Shown here: positions 1 through 10,130 of the stretch, one piece after another
Numbering within the stretch: the first letter of the stretch is position 1
How the letters are laid out: each line of letters opens with the position of its first letter
Source: an uncultured Gammaproteobacteria bacterium
GTDB lineage: Bacteria; Patescibacteriota; Patescibacteriia; Magasanikbacterales; UBA922
Length of the DNA: 64,000 nt
Direction of reading: 5' to 3'
Assembly: GCA_964435035.1 (NCBI GenBank)
Contig: CAYSXR010000002.1
Coordinates: 12,252-76,251 of the forward strand
Notes under the pieces: model-generated
Seen by the model: the letters and a program-made list of their open reading frames with translations, nothing else
Databases searched by the model: none
What the model was told of the DNA's origin: nothing
Made by a program: the position numbers and the translations under genes

Positions 1-2
1 AG

Positions 3-284
3 GGGGTGCCCGAAGATGTTGTTGAAATTGATCCACATGCGTATCGAACGTATCTCACTTGTTATCGAGCAAAACATGAATTTAATTTAGAAGAAATTTT
101 GGTGATTACTCAAAATTTTCATTTGCCACGTACGATGTATCTGTGTAGCAAAATGGGAATTAAGACGATTGGTCTTTCTGCTGATCTGAAAGAATATCGA
201 GGGATGTGGAAAGCTCAAGGAAGGGAAGTGTTCTCGCGAGTGAAGGCAGTTGTGCAGGTACTGGTGACAAGGCCGAAGAAATAA
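3..284 (+). CDS. SanA/ElyC/YdcF (DUF218) family protein, 5'-truncated by window edge
   Basis: C-terminal DUF218 motifs 'D..A.RTY.TC.RA' and 'VITQNFHLPR'; the frame is open from the window start. Confidence 0.8.
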   Translation, partial: GVPEDVVEIDPHAYRTYLTCYRAKHEFNLEEILVITQNFHLPRTMYLCSKMGIKTIGLSADLKEYRGMWKAQGREVFSRVKAVVQVLVTRPKK

Positions 285-372
285 AAGTAAAAGCACAAAA
301 GTTAAAACAAAAATACACGGGAAAGATCTCGTGTATTTTAATTTGTATTTTGAATTGTCTTTTGCTTTTACT
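282..372. repeat. ~7-nt periodic A/T-tract repeat (TAAAAG/CAAAAG family), inverted arms
   Basis: taaaagtaaaagcacaaaagttaaaac ... ttttgaattgtcttttgcttttactt between convergent genes; similar tracts at 1921-1960, 2316-2350, 9955-10070, 17053-17130 and 40723-40755. Confidence 0.6.
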
Positions 373-823
373 TCGTTCCTGGAACCCTTCCTGGAATTTC
401 GAGTTCAATGTCGTTACTGTATACTGTACATTTTTGGTCGACTACTGCACAGACTCGGAAATGAGTGGTGCCAGCAGCTAGACCTTTCCATTCTTTTTCT
501 CGGAATCCTTTGCTTCTTTCGAATACAAATTTAGTGCCTGGATAGCTAGGGTTTTCTTCTGAACCACCGATAAGCCACCATTTTTCTACACTTTCAGCTA
601 CTTCGTTTGTGGGTTCCCATGTGAGATTTACTGAATAGGGACCCGTAATACTTCCGGTCAAAACGATACTATCGTCAATCTTTTCGCCATTTACGGTACC
701 CGTATCAGATGATGTTGGGTTTGTACCAGTATCTTTTGCTGGAGTAGGTTCACTCTGGCGTGAGCAACCAGCTCCTGTTAGGAGTAATACTCCTACTATG
801 ACAGGCAATATTCGTAGACGCAT
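368..823 (-). CDS. Lipoprotein, unknown function (possible beta-sandwich/FN3-like domain)
   Basis: Signal peptide with lipobox LLLTGAGC, then a low-complexity Thr/Pro linker and a globular domain. Confidence 0.75.
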   Translation of the reverse strand: MRLRILPVIVGVLLLTGAGCSRQSEPTPAKDTGTNPTSSDTGTVNGEKIDDSIVLTGSITGPYSVNLTWEPTNEVAESVEKWWLIGGSEENPSYPGTKFVFERSKGFREKEWKGLAAGTTHFRVCAVVDQKCTVYSNDIELEIPGRVPGTK

Positions 824-862
824 AGTGTTTTAGTCTGTTTAAGAATAATGCGATATGGGATT

Positions 863-932
863 AGTCTAGTAGATTGTTAGGATTTATGCAAGGGGCGGGG
901 GATTAGTTGTCTGGTTTTCTAGTTTTCTGGTT
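863..932. repeat. ~8-nt periodic CTAGTT/CTGGTT repeat
   Basis: ttagttgtctggttttctagttttctggtt; same unit at 14894-15000, 25549-25577, 41641-41677, 50401-50435 and 63855-63875. Confidence 0.65.
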
Positions 933-962
933 GGGAGAGACGCAAAATTTTGCGTCTGTACC

Positions 963-1331
963 TTAGTTGTTTGGTTTAAAGTCGAGGGATAGCGAATTGA
1001 TGCAATATCGCTTGCCTGTAGGACCTGGTCCGTCGTCAAATACATGGCCCAGATGTCCTTTGCATTTCGCGCAGACGACCTCGGTTCGGTGCATGCCGTG
1101 AGTGTTGTCTTCAATAAGCTCTACAGCTCCTGAGTGAGCGAGGTCAGAGAAACTGGGCCAGCCTGTTCCTGAATCAAATTTTGTAACTGACGAAAATAAT
1201 TCTGAATTACAGAGCGCACAATTGTACATACCTTTTTCTTTGTTATGTACATATTTACCGCTGAATGGAGCTTCAGTTCCTTTCTCGAGGAGAATGCCGC
1301 ATTGTTGAGGGGTGAGGTGGGAAGTGTCCAT
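963..1331 (-). CDS. msrB: Peptide-methionine (R)-S-oxide reductase
   Basis: [35 protein letters not shown] and two CxxC Zn motifs. Confidence 0.97.
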   Translation of the reverse strand: MDTSHLTPQQCGILLEKGTEAPFSGKYVHNKEKGMYNCALCNSELFSSVTKFDSGTGWPSFSDLAHSGAVELIEDNTHGMHRTEVVCAKCKGHLGHVFDDGPGPTGKRYCINSLSLDFKPNN

Positions 1332-1374
1332 AGGGATTTAGTTAGAAAGTTTCAAAGTGTGTATAGTCATATCG

Positions 1375-1920
1375 TTATTTTTTCACTTTTGCGAATTCAT
1401 TTTTGATTTTGATATCCGGTAATAGATGGTTCGATTGTTCGGTGTCTTCCGGTCTATAAATTAGAATTCGTATATCTATATGTGATAGAGGTACATTATT
1501 TTCCTCTCCAATTTTTTGTACTTCTCGATCTTGCATTCCTTTCATTTTGTTTGTTTCTTTTTCGGTATAATCAGGAAATCCGAAGGTGAGGGCTCCAAAA
1601 ATAATGACTCCTTTTGGGTTTTCATAGCTCGATTGATCGAGCAAGAGTTCGTCTTTGCTGTATGTGCTGAATTGGTTGAGTCTATCCACTCTCACACTCG
1701 GTATTCCTTGTTCTGTCAGTCGTGCTTTGATTGCACCTGAAAGAGTGGTTTTTCCAACGTTTGTATCGTTGTTTATTGGTCCTGCGATACCGACCACGAC
1801 ATAGTCTTGTGAATTGAGTAGTGTATGGATGCGTTCAAGCGCTTTTTCAACTCCTTCGTTGAATGAGTATTCTTTTTTTTCTTGTGTTACTTCTGGTGAG
1901 TATTCTCCTCGTTCTGGCAT
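1375..1920 (-). CDS. Hypothetical protein with atypical P-loop (kinase-like)
   Basis: VVVGIAGPINNDTNVGKTTLS; start moved to ATG 1920 because the upstream extension to 2049 runs through repeats. Confidence 0.6.
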   Translation of the reverse strand: MPERGEYSPEVTQEKKEYSFNEGVEKALERIHTLLNSQDYVVVGIAGPINNDTNVGKTTLSGAIKARLTEQGIPSVRVDRLNQFSTYSKDELLLDQSSYENPKGVIIFGALTFGFPDYTEKETNKMKGMQDREVQKIGEENNVPLSHIDIRILIYRPEDTEQSNHLLPDIKIKNEFAKVKK

Positions 1921-1970
1921 ATTTAAAAAGTTAAAAGTAAAAGCGCAAAAGGTAAAAGATTGAGAAATTA

Positions 1971-2063
1971 AATCCGTCTCAATTCTGTCCAATTCCGTGT
2001 CATCCGTGTTCCATTGGGCGAATGTCAGAGAATAGAACACTGATGACACGGATTAAACGGATC
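1971..2063. repeat. ACACGGAT periodic inverted-repeat element (copy 1)
   Basis: ccgtgtcatccgtgttccatt ... aatagaacactgatgacacggattaaacggat; same element at 47449, 51817, 57708 and 61145. Confidence 0.85.
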
Positions 2064-2064
2064 G

Positions 2065-2310
2065 TCACGAATTTCTAATTATCAATTTTTCTTTATTAGC
2101 CCTTGTCATCTTTTTTATTTCCATTTCTCGTTTGGTTGCTTTCGATCTATCCTTATGTTTTTCGGTGTAGACCAGAGAGAAAGGGAGACGTGCTCGGACA
2201 TATACCGAACCTTTACCAGTCTGGTGAACTACAAGACGTTTTTCTAGGTCTTTTGCAATTCCGGTGTAGAGTGAGTCGTCGGCGCAACGAATGATGTAGA
2301 GAGTGTACAT
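2065..2310 (-). CDS. GIY-YIG nuclease family protein (UPF0213/YhbQ-like)
   Basis: LYIIRCADDSLYTGI, R...H..GKG..Y.R.R.P, A.KRE..IKKM. Confidence 0.9.
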   Translation of the reverse strand: MYTLYIIRCADDSLYTGIAKDLEKRLVVHQTGKGSVYVRARLPFSLVYTEKHKDRSKATKREMEIKKMTRANKEKLIIRNS

Positions 2311-2363
2311 TTGGGGAAAGTAAAAACTTAAAACGCAAAACTTAAAATAGTAGAAATTAGATT

Positions 2364-2392
2364 TTGACTTTTTTGATACTTTATCTTACTAT
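2364..2392 (+). promoter_or_regulatory. sigma70-type promoter of uvrA
   Basis: TTGACT-17 nt-TACTAT, 44 nt upstream of the ATG. Confidence 0.6.
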
Positions 2393-2436
2393 ACCTCATA
2401 TATAAGCCCTACTCAAGGGGTTTTTGTCTGTTATAT

Positions 2437-5001
2437 ATGCAAGAAAAAATTGTTATCAAAGGGGCGAGGGAGCATAATCTTAAGAACATTTCGCTTGAGC
2501 TTCCACGCAACAAAATGATTGTGTTTACCGGACTGTCTGGATCAGGCAAGTCTTCTTTGGCTTTCGACACTATCTTTGCCGAAGGACAGAGACGCTATAT
2601 TGAGAGTCTTTCAGCCTATGCTCGCCAATTTCTTGGTGGGATGCAGAAGCCTGATGTGGATGAGATCGAGGGATTGTCTCCTGCAATTTCTATTGATCAG
2701 AAGGCGCATAGTGCGAATCCCCGTTCAACGGTTGCAACTATTACTGAAATTTATGATTATCTTCGTGTCTTATTTGCGCGTATTGGAGAGCCTTTTTGTC
2801 CGCAGTGTGGTACGAAGATTGAGAAGATGACGACTGATGAAATTGGAGAGAGAATACAAGCTACTGTTTCCAAAATAGAAAAGCTTTCAAAAGGTGCGGA
2901 GCTTATTATTTTTGCACCAGTGGTTCGAGGGAGAAAAGGGGAGTATTATCAGATGCTCTATGATATGTACAATTCTGGATATCTTGAAGTTCGAGTTGAT
3001 GGAAAAATGAAGAGTTTGCGCGATCGGATTGTTCTATCGAAAAATACCAAACACACCATTGAGATTGTGGTAGATAAAATTCCATTGGCTGGTCTTGATA
3101 CACAGCGAATGGCTGAAGCAGTTGAGTCAGCGGTTGATCTGTCCAATGGATTGGTAACTGTATCATTTGACGGGAAACAAGAAGTTATCTATAGCACGCA
3201 GTATTCGTGTCCGAATGATGGATTTGCGTTTCCTGAGATTGAACCTCGGTTGTTTAGTTTCAATAGTCCATACGGTTATTGTACCGCGTGTACTGGTCTT
3301 GGAACTAAAGAATTATTTAGTGAAGAAGTGTGTCTTGTGTGTCAGGGGAAGCGTCTCAATAATACGGCCCTTTCAGTTAAAATCAATAATAAAAATATTT
3401 ACGAGATCACGAGTCTCATGATTAGTGAAGCAAGAGATTTTTTTACTGATCTTCGCAGTACGTTATCTCCACGAGTGATTGAAATATCTACGGCTGCATT
3501 GAATGAAATTGATAATCGTTTGAAATTCATGTTTGATGTGGGACTTCATTATCTTACCCTAAACCGAACTGCAGGCACGCTCTCTGGAGGAGAATCACAA
3601 CGTATTCGATTGGCGTCACAAGTGGGTCAGCGTCTTGTCGGGGCATTATATGTGTTAGACGAGCCTACGATTGGGCTGCATCAGAAAGATAATGATCAGC
3701 TGGTTTCAACACTTCGAAATCTCTGTGATGTCGGGAATACGATTATTGTCGTCGAGCATGATGAAGATACGATTATGGTGTCTGACTGGATTGTGGACAT
3801 TGGTCCAGGTGCGGGAACGCATGGGGGGCATGTAGTGTATTCGGGACCTTTATCCAGTCTGCTTAATAAGAAAAAACCAGAGAGTGTTGCGTATGGTAGC
3901 AAGACGTATGGATCAGTAGAAAAATCTCTTACAGGAAAATATTTGCGTGGAGAGCAGAAAATTTCGGTTCCAGAAAACCGTAGAAAAGTGGACAATACTA
4001 CTCCAAAGATAAAAATTAAAGGAGCGCGGGAACATAATCTCAAAAATATTTCTGTTGAGATTCCGTTGAAACGATTAGTGTGTTTGACCGGAGTGTCTGG
4101 ATCTGGAAAATCCACGCTTATGCATTCGATTCTCTATCGTTCGGTTGCAAATAAATTGAACCATACTCGGTACCATGTCGGAGAGCATGACGCAGTACTC
4201 AATACTGAGTATATTGATAAAATTATCAAGATTGATCAGAAGCCGATTGGGCGGACGCCACGAAGTAATCCTGCGACCTATACCAAGGCATATGATCCGA
4301 TTCGTGAAATTTTTGCCATGACTCCTGAAGCAAAAATCAGAGGATACAAAATTGGACGATTTAGTTTCAACGTACCTGGTGGACGATGTGAGAATTGCGA
4401 AGGAAAAGGATCGCTTGAAATTGAAATGCATTTTCTTCCGACAGTTTCGATTGTGTGTGATGTGTGTAAAGGAGCGAGATTCAATGCGGAAACTCTTGCG
4501 ATTCATTATAAAGAAAAAAATATTGCACAAGTACTGGCAATGACGATTGAAGAGTCACGAGAGTTTTTTCAAGATATTCCTCCAATTGCAGATAAATTGA
4601 ACATGCTTCATGAAGTAGGATTGGATTATCTCACCCTTGGACAATCTGCAAGTACGCTCTCAGGTGGTGAAGCGCAACGAATCAAATTATCTCGAGAACT
4701 GTCAAAGCGTGCGACGAGCAAAACGTTGTATTTGCTTGATGAGCCTACGACTGGACTCCATTTTGATGATGTAAAAAAATTAATTGAAGTATTGCAAAAA
4801 CTTACGTCACACGGCAATACGGTCATGATTATCGAACACAATCTTGAGGTTATCAAATCTGCTGACTGGATTATTGATCTTGGGCCTGAAGGGGGAGATA
4901 AAGGTGGAAAGCTGATTGCGACTGGAACTCCAGAAGAGATTGCGAGAAAATCTACGTCGAGTCATACGGGGTATTATTTGAAGCGAGTATTATCTACTTA
5001 A
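2437..5001 (+). CDS. uvrA: Excinuclease ABC subunit A
   Basis: GAREHNLKN, two Walker A motifs ([16 protein letters not shown]), LSGGE signatures, Zn fingers. Confidence 0.98.
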   Translation: MQEKIVIKGAREHNLKNISLELPRNKMIVFTGLSGSGKSSLAFDTIFAEGQRRYIESLSAYARQFLGGMQKPDVDEIEGLSPAISIDQKAHSANPRSTVATITEIYDYLRVLFARIGEPFCPQCGTKIEKMTTDEIGERIQATVSKIEKLSKGAELIIFAPVVRGRKGEYYQMLYDMYNSGYLEVRVDGKMKSLRDRIVLSKNTKHTIEIVVDKIPLAGLDTQRMAEAVESAVDLSNGLVTVSFDGKQEVIYSTQYSCPNDGFAFPEIEPRLFSFNSPYGYCTACTGLGTKELFSEEVCLVCQGKRLNNTALSVKINNKNIYEITSLMISEARDFFTDLRSTLSPRVIEISTAALNEIDNRLKFMFDVGLHYLTLNRTAGTLSGGESQRIRLASQVGQRLVGALYVLDEPTIGLHQKDNDQLVSTLRNLCDVGNTIIVVEHDEDTIMVSDWIVDIGPGAGTHGGHVVYSGPLSSLLNKKKPESVAYGSKTYGSVEKSLTGKYLRGEQKISVPENRRKVDNTTPKIKIKGAREHNLKNISVEIPLKRLVCLTGVSGSGKSTLMHSILYRSVANKLNHTRYHVGEHDAVLNTEYIDKIIKIDQKPIGRTPRSNPATYTKAYDPIREIFAMTPEAKIRGYKIGRFSFNVPGGRCENCEGKGSLEIEMHFLPTVSIVCDVCKGARFNAETLAIHYKEKNIAQVLAMTIEESREFFQDIPPIADKLNMLHEVGLDYLTLGQSASTLSGGEAQRIKLSRELSKRATSKTLYLLDEPTTGLHFDDVKKLIEVLQKLTSHGNTVMIIEHNLEVIKSADWIIDLGPEGGDKGGKLIATGTPEEIARKSTSSHTGYYLKRVLST

Positions 5002-5082
5002 TTTTGTGATAAGGTATATAAAAAATACGATTACATTTGGATAGGTTCAGAAAAAAATGAAATTTGTGGTCTATCGAATTGA

Positions 5083-5111
5083 TTGACAACTCTGTTATTT
5101 TATGACAGAGT
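5083..5111 (+). promoter_or_regulatory. Promoter of orphan cassette A
   Basis: TTGACA-17 nt-CAGAGT with TGn extended -10; SD AGGAGGG at 5148-5154. Confidence 0.6.
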
Positions 5112-5162
5112 TTTGTGTATGTGCCGTAATTCAGCGGTACCTGATTCAGGAGGGACAGAGTC

Positions 5163-5579
5163 ATGGAAGAGGGTGTCTATATACTCCATCCACCTGCTCG
5201 CGTTCATAGGGGACCGCGGCCCCATAACCTCATCATCGGGCAGGTGTCCGGGATGATCCACGGCGGAATCGCGGTGTTTCCTGTGGCTGGCGGTGACAAA
5301 GAGCTTGTGCTTGTGTCCCTTCGTTCTCTCGAGAATGCAGATCGCAGCGATTGGAAGAGCAACAGCTGGTTCATGTTCACGGTCGTGTGTCTCGGCTGCA
5401 TCTTGGAGTCGGGAGAGGCCCGTACGTTTGATGGGATCTCTCAGCTCCACCAGCGCGGACTCCACTACATCTGCTGCAGCTTCGATCTCAGTCGTGTGCC
5501 CGATCGCACGGTCACGATCAAGCTTCTCCCGGACGAGCCGCCTGATCCGTCGAAGGGGGCCACGTTCCGTACCTGCTGA
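5163..5579 (+). CDS. GC-rich orphan protein (cassette A), 138 aa
   Basis: Strong SD, own promoter, C-ending codons, 3' hairpin; no recognisable family. Confidence 0.7.
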   Translation: MEEGVYILHPPARVHRGPRPHNLIIGQVSGMIHGGIAVFPVAGGDKELVLVSLRSLENADRSDWKSNSWFMFTVVCLGCILESGEARTFDGISQLHQRGLHYICCSFDLSRVPDRTVTIKLLPDEPPDPSKGATFRTC

Positions 5580-5587
5580 ATTCATCT

Positions 5588-5630
5588 ATCATACGGACCC
5601 TTCACCTGTGCGTGAAGTGGTCCGTGTGAT
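5588..5630 (+). other. Long 3' hairpin of cassette A
   Basis: atcatacggacccttcac-ctgtgc-gtgaagtggtccgtgtgat; no long U-tract follows. Confidence 0.75.
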
Positions 5631-5688
5631 TTCCATCTATCACTTTGTAAGTGATTTTTTTGTTAGCATGTCTATATTCACTGTATCA

Positions 5689-5717
5689 TTGACTTTTTTG
5701 TATTTATATGAAAGAAT
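5689..5717 (+). promoter_or_regulatory. Promoter of orphan cassette B
   Basis: TTGACT-17 nt-AAGAAT with TGn; SD GGGAG at 5755-5759. Confidence 0.55.
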
Positions 5718-5766
5718 CTTTTTTGTTGCGTTGCATTTTCGTACGCACACATGTGGGAGCATCTTC

Positions 5767-6066
5767 ATGCAACATGCGGTTACTGGCGCAATGAAGAAGG
5801 GTAAGGTACGACCCTTCACGGTCGATGATCTTCCTGTACTCGAGAAGAATGGCTACACCCTTCGGGTCAAGAGCTCGGCCATCGAGAATAACGACTTCGA
5901 GGTGGAAGTGGGTCCTCCGAGCAATTCGGCCTTTCAGGTGGGGACTGTTCGTACGTACGTGTTCCACGAGGGAGCACAGCCGGTCTACGATCCACGCCGA
6001 CGGTATGGCTACGCCGAACTCAAATTCGATCTGGCGACGTCTCACGCCACCCTCGAGCTCCGCTGA
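5767..6066 (+). CDS. GC-rich orphan protein (cassette B), 99 aa
   Basis: ATG after GGGAG, MQHAVTGAMKKG...; this is the 3' part of track ORF 5293..6066. Confidence 0.7.
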   Translation: MQHAVTGAMKKGKVRPFTVDDLPVLEKNGYTLRVKSSAIENNDFEVEVGPPSNSAFQVGTVRTYVFHEGAQPVYDPRRRYGYAELKFDLATSHATLELR

Positions 6067-6084
6067 GCCTCCGTGTCTTCCATA

Positions 6085-6118
6085 GCAAGGACCTTTCCTT
6101 TCGAGGAATGGTCCTTGC
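6085..6118 (+). other. Long 3' hairpin of cassette B
   Basis: gcaaggacctttcct-ttcg-aggaatggtccttgc. Confidence 0.75.
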
Positions 6119-6184
6119 ATCTTACATATTGTGGATACTGCTATTGTGGCAGTTTTTTTATATTATTTTTTCTTGGTATACTAC

Positions 6185-7441
6185 ATGTCTATGATATCTG
6201 ATGCTTTGCTAAAAATTGTAGCTTCACTTCCTCAGAATCCAGGGATTTATTTGTTTTATAATGTAAAAAAAGAATTAGTCTATGTGGGAAAAGCTACATC
6301 ATTACGAAGTCGTGTGCGAAGCTATTTTCTTGCACGTAAAACTCCTCGCCCGATTGAACAGATGATGCATGAGGTGATTACAATCAAATATATTGAAACT
6401 GATTCTGTACTTGAAGCAGTGATTCTCGAATCAATGTATATCAAAAAATTTCAACCAATTTATAATGTAGAAGGAAAAGATGATAAAAGTTGGAATTATA
6501 TTATGATTACGAATGAGCTGTATCCGCAGGTATATACAATGCGTGAACATGAGTATGTACGTCTGAGTTCTGATGAAATTAAAAAAGATTTTCTACACAT
6601 GTCCGGTCCATATCCTGGGTTGAATGCGAAAGTGACCATGAAGTTACTTCGAAGGTTATTTTATATTTCAACGTGCAAACCGAATGCGAAACGTCCTTGC
6701 TTGTATCGTCAAATGGGACAGTGTCTCGGTGTATGTACGGGAGAGATTACGAGTGGTGACTATCGGAGAAAAGTAATTCGACCCTTGATTACGTTTTTGT
6801 CAGGAGGAAAGAAAAAGCTTATTACATCTTTTGAAACTCAGATGGTGCGTGCTGCGCGTGCAGAGCAATTCGAAGAAGCGGCGCGTCTTCGTAATCAATT
6901 ACATGCACTTACCCGTATTCAGGATATTGCCCTTATTAATAAAGATTTCTTTGCTGATTTGGAACCAAAAAAAGAAGATACAATACACATGCGAATTGAA
7001 GGATATGATATTTCTAATTTAGGAAAGACAGGAAAAGTGGGGAGTATGGTGGTGTTTGATGCCGACGGGCCGATCAAACATTCGTATCGTAAATTTAAAA
7101 TTAAAACTGTTGAAGGGCAGAGTGATGTAGATTGTCTCGAAGAAGTATTAGTCCGTAGATTCAAGCATGTTGAGTGGAAATTTCCCACAGCAATTATGAT
7201 TGATGGGGGATATCCGCAAGTGAATCGCGCAAAAGAAGTGCTTACTCGACTCGGGATTGCAATTCCTCTGGTGGGTATTGCAAAAGGTCCGGAACGCAAG
7301 CGGAATGATTTTATTTTGGGTAATAGGGAGTCTGAGTTTGTGAAGTGGGTAGATCAACATCGAGAATTGTTGATCCGAGTAAGAGACGAAGCTCATCGTT
7401 TTGCGATTACATATCAAAGAAAGTTGAGGAAGATTGGATAA
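6185..7441 (+). CDS. uvrC: Excinuclease ABC subunit C, short form lacking C-terminal HhH
   Basis: N-terminal GIY-YIG (PGIYLF..YVGKA..LR.RV.SYF), Cys cluster, FEEAARLRNQ UVR motif, RIEGYDISN, IDGG, RDEAHRFA; start could be 6185 or 6191. Confidence 0.9.
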   Translation: MSMISDALLKIVASLPQNPGIYLFYNVKKELVYVGKATSLRSRVRSYFLARKTPRPIEQMMHEVITIKYIETDSVLEAVILESMYIKKFQPIYNVEGKDDKSWNYIMITNELYPQVYTMREHEYVRLSSDEIKKDFLHMSGPYPGLNAKVTMKLLRRLFYISTCKPNAKRPCLYRQMGQCLGVCTGEITSGDYRRKVIRPLITFLSGGKKKLITSFETQMVRAARAEQFEEAARLRNQLHALTRIQDIALINKDFFADLEPKKEDTIHMRIEGYDISNLGKTGKVGSMVVFDADGPIKHSYRKFKIKTVEGQSDVDCLEEVLVRRFKHVEWKFPTAIMIDGGYPQVNRAKEVLTRLGIAIPLVGIAKGPERKRNDFILGNRESEFVKWVDQHRELLIRVRDEAHRFAITYQRKLRKIG

Positions 7442-7536
7442 TCAAAAATTGAAGAATAAAGATTGGAAGATTAAAAAAACATCGTATCGATTTTATAATT
7501 TTCCAATCTTTATTTTTTTAATCTTTAATCTTTTTT

Positions 7537-7989
7537 ATGTCATGGGAACAGCGACGACACGAGTGGAAACAATCTCCGCCTGAAATAGATAAAATTGATG
7601 AGTGGTTTCATTCATTATCATCAGACGAGCGCTTTGACGCATTTTTTGGTTCTGCAAGTTTTAGAGATATTACTGATCAGTTTCAGCGTTATTTGCATAG
7701 TATTTTTGATGGTCAAAAATCTTCACAATTTCGTTTTGAGCCAACTTCAAAACTTATTTCTTTTGTGTTGGGTAAAATAGTCATAAAAACTCCTGAGTTT
7801 CGTAACACGGTTAAAGATAACCAGAACGTGGTGAAGGTTTTGTTGGAGCAAGAATCTCGAGTTATGTGTAGAATGTATGCAATTTGCACCTATGAACCCC
7901 AGAAAAAACCGGGTATATCAGAATTTGCATATAATTTGGACATTCCATGGAAATGGGAGGAAACTGCGGTTGAGATACTTGGGTTTTGA
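7537..7989 (+). CDS. Hypothetical protein
   Basis: 150-aa ORF with backbone-like composition, followed by a terminator. Confidence 0.6.
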   Translation: MSWEQRRHEWKQSPPEIDKIDEWFHSLSSDERFDAFFGSASFRDITDQFQRYLHSIFDGQKSSQFRFEPTSKLISFVLGKIVIKTPEFRNTVKDNQNVVKVLLEQESRVMCRMYAICTYEPQKKPGISEFAYNLDIPWKWEETAVEILGF

Positions 7990-8014
7990 GCTTCTAAAAG
8001 AAGCTATGGTCACT

Positions 8015-8039
8015 ATACCTACGAGAGTGGGTATTTTTT
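8015..8039 (+). terminator. Intrinsic terminator
   Basis: atacctac-gaga-gtgggtat followed by T-run. Confidence 0.6.
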
Positions 8040-8082
8040 ATACACAACAAAGTGGATAAGTGGGGTTGTAAAGGGGTGTATG

Positions 8083-8116
8083 GTGGTGTAAAATGGCTGG
8101 TAGTGGAGAATTGTGG
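8083..8116 (+). promoter_or_regulatory. MraZ operator (GTGG repeats, 10-bp period)
   Basis: gtgg/atgg/gtgg/gtgg at 8083, 8093, 8103 and 8113, directly upstream of mraZ. Confidence 0.75.
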
Positions 8117-8187
8117 GGAATTTCCTCATCTAGAGAGTAATACGCCATGCTTGTCTGTATAACTCTCGCAGGCTCTCAAATCTATAT

Positions 8188-8619
8188 ATGTTTATAGGTG
8201 AATATAGCCACAATTTAGATGAGAAAGGTCGCCTTGCAATACCCAAGAAATTTCGAGCCGATCTTTCACAAGGTGCTGTAGTTACCCGAGGACTCGATAA
8301 CTGCCTTTTTTTGTACACCAAGGCAGAGTGGGCAAAACTTGCGGAAAAACTGGCACAGTTGCCTTTTTCTCAAGCAAATAGTCGTGCATTTGCTCGACTC
8401 ATGCTTGCAGGAGCTATGGATGTTGAAGTAGATACACAGGGACGTATTATTCTTCCTCCATATTTACGTTCGTTTGCTGGACTTAGTAAATCAGTCGTGA
8501 TTGCTGGTCTGTATACTCGTCTTGAAATCTGGGATGAATCAAAATGGAAGTCATATACTACCTCAACTGAGTCTGAAAGTACGACAATTGCAGAACAGAT
8601 GGGTAACCTCGGCGTATGA
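8188..8619 (+). CDS. mraZ: Division/cell wall cluster transcriptional repressor
   Basis: MFIGEYSHNLDEKGRLAIP and second DTQGRI repeat. Confidence 0.97.
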   Translation: MFIGEYSHNLDEKGRLAIPKKFRADLSQGAVVTRGLDNCLFLYTKAEWAKLAEKLAQLPFSQANSRAFARLMLAGAMDVEVDTQGRIILPPYLRSFAGLSKSVVIAGLYTRLEIWDESKWKSYTTSTESESTTIAEQMGNLGV

Positions 8620-9560
8620 GACCTGTCTTCGTTAAAACTACGCCAGGCAGGCATATACCAGTCCTTTTACAAGAAGTGCTTCGTTCACTTGAATTGGCAC
8701 CTGGCAAAAATATTATTGATTGCACTGTGGGTGACGCAGGTCATAGTGAGGCAATACTTGCAGGTACTGCCCCAAATGGAAAATTACTTGCAATTGATGC
8801 TGATGCTGAAGCAATACTTCGAGCAAAGAATTTTCTTCATACTTTCGAAGATCGCGTGACATACGCGAGAGAAAATTTCGAACATTTGAAGAGAATTGTT
8901 GATGAAACTACTTTTGGTCCAGTCAATGGAATTCTCATGGATTTTGGATGGTCGAGTCCTCAGTTTGAAGAACGGAAACGTGGATTTAGCTTCCAGAACA
9001 AAGAAGAGGTTCTTGATATGCGCTATACCGCGCAGGGGGACGTTACTCGTCCGAGTGCTGCAGATCTTCTCCTTACTATGGATGAGACTGAGCTTGAAGA
9101 GATGTTCCGTGTATATGGAGAAGAGCGGTTGAGCTTGGAAATTGCACAAGCAATTGTTACTAAGCGGGACGAAAAACCGATTTCGACCGTGGGGGAGTTG
9201 GTCGAAGTGGTGCTTGCGACCTATCGCAGGAAACTGAAGACTGATAAAGAAATTCCGTGGGTGGGAGGATTGCACCCTGCAACGAAAGTGTTTCAGGCAC
9301 TCCGAATTGCGGTAAATGATGAATTAGGAGTGATTGAACGAGTGTTGCCTCAAGCGATTGAGGTGTTAGCTCCACAGGGAATGCTTGCAGTAATCACATT
9401 TCATTCTCTGGAAGATCGGATTGTCAAGCATTATTTCAAAGAACAGGCTAATAAAAATATTACTATTATTACTAAAAAACCAATTGTTGCGGGAGAGACG
9501 GAACACAAAGAAAATTCTCGCGCACGGTCGGCAAAATTACGAGTTATTAAGAAATTATGA
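8616..9560 (+). CDS. rsmH: 16S rRNA m4C1402 methyltransferase
   Basis: HIPVLL, DCTVGDAGHS, HPATKVFQALRIAVNDEL, FHSLEDRIVK, RARSAKLR. Confidence 0.97.
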   Translation: MRPVFVKTTPGRHIPVLLQEVLRSLELAPGKNIIDCTVGDAGHSEAILAGTAPNGKLLAIDADAEAILRAKNFLHTFEDRVTYARENFEHLKRIVDETTFGPVNGILMDFGWSSPQFEERKRGFSFQNKEEVLDMRYTAQGDVTRPSAADLLLTMDETELEEMFRVYGEERLSLEIAQAIVTKRDEKPISTVGELVEVVLATYRRKLKTDKEIPWVGGLHPATKVFQALRIAVNDELGVIERVLPQAIEVLAPQGMLAVITFHSLEDRIVKHYFKEQANKNITIITKKPIVAGETEHKENSRARSAKLRVIKKL

Positions 9561-9901
9561 ATGCATACATCAAGAAAAAATCAACCATGAAGGATCGAAG
9601 GGCTATTGTTCGACAGATTGTGCTTGGTAGAACATTTCGTTCTATGCTTTCGTTCGTAATGGTTGGGTTTGGTGTTTTGTATATTTGGCAGGTAAATACA
9701 GTGTCTTCGAAAGGATACGTTATTTCTGATTATGAACAACAAGTTTCTTTACTTGAGAGAGAAACTAGGAGTATTGATGTGGCGATTGCGGAACATACTT
9801 CGATTATGACGGTGAGAGAACGGCTGGTGGATGGACAATTCGAAGCGGTGACTGATGCTGAATATGTCTCACTCACGAGCGATGCGGTGGCGAAGAGATA
9901 A
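9557..9901 (+). CDS. FtsL-like cell division protein
   Basis: Position after mraZ-rsmH; single TM followed by coiled coil. Confidence 0.65.
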   Translation: MNAYIKKKSTMKDRRAIVRQIVLGRTFRSMLSFVMVGFGVLYIWQVNTVSSKGYVISDYEQQVSLLERETRSIDVAIAEHTSIMTVRERLVDGQFEAVTDAEYVSLTSDAVAKR

Positions 9902-9912
9902 TTCATATACTT

Positions 9913-9941
9913 AAAAACTCCTTAATTAAAAGGAGTTTTTT
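9913..9941 (+). terminator. Intrinsic terminator after mraZ-rsmH-ftsL
   Basis: aaaaactcctt-aattaa-aaggagtttttt. Confidence 0.75.
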
Positions 9942-9954
9942 GTTTTATAGATTT

Positions 9955-10070
9955 TAATTCAAAACTCAAATCTCAAAGCTTAAAACTATAACTAAAAACT
10001 CAAAACTAAATTAGGTTTAACATTGGAGTTGTAAGTTTTAACTTTTGAGTTTTTCGTTTTGAGTTGAGCT
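9955..10070. repeat. TCAAAAC ~7-nt periodic inverted-repeat element
   Basis: aaaactcaaatctcaaagcttaaaac...aaaactcaaaac facing ttttgagtttttcgttttgagtt. Confidence 0.75.
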
Positions 10071-10130
10071 AGACGTTAATTCCATGTACGTGTGATTATA
10101 TGCTATACTATTGTACATTAGCTTTATATT

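Noticed and set aside
2065-2310. First GIY-YIG gene as a mobile element
   Set aside because: It has different repeat families on each side and no matching terminal inverted repeats; it looks like an ordinary UPF0213 protein.
5100-6120. Long alternative ORFs 5100..5585 (-), 5293..6066 (+) and 5704..6120 (-)
   Set aside because: Shadow frames of GC-rich genes. Promoter, SD and hairpin positions support 5163..5579 and 5767..6066.
8188-9941. mraZ-rsmH-ftsL without ftsI/mur genes as a novelty
   Set aside because: Dispersed dcw genes are common in reduced genomes; murA, mraY and murB are elsewhere in the window.
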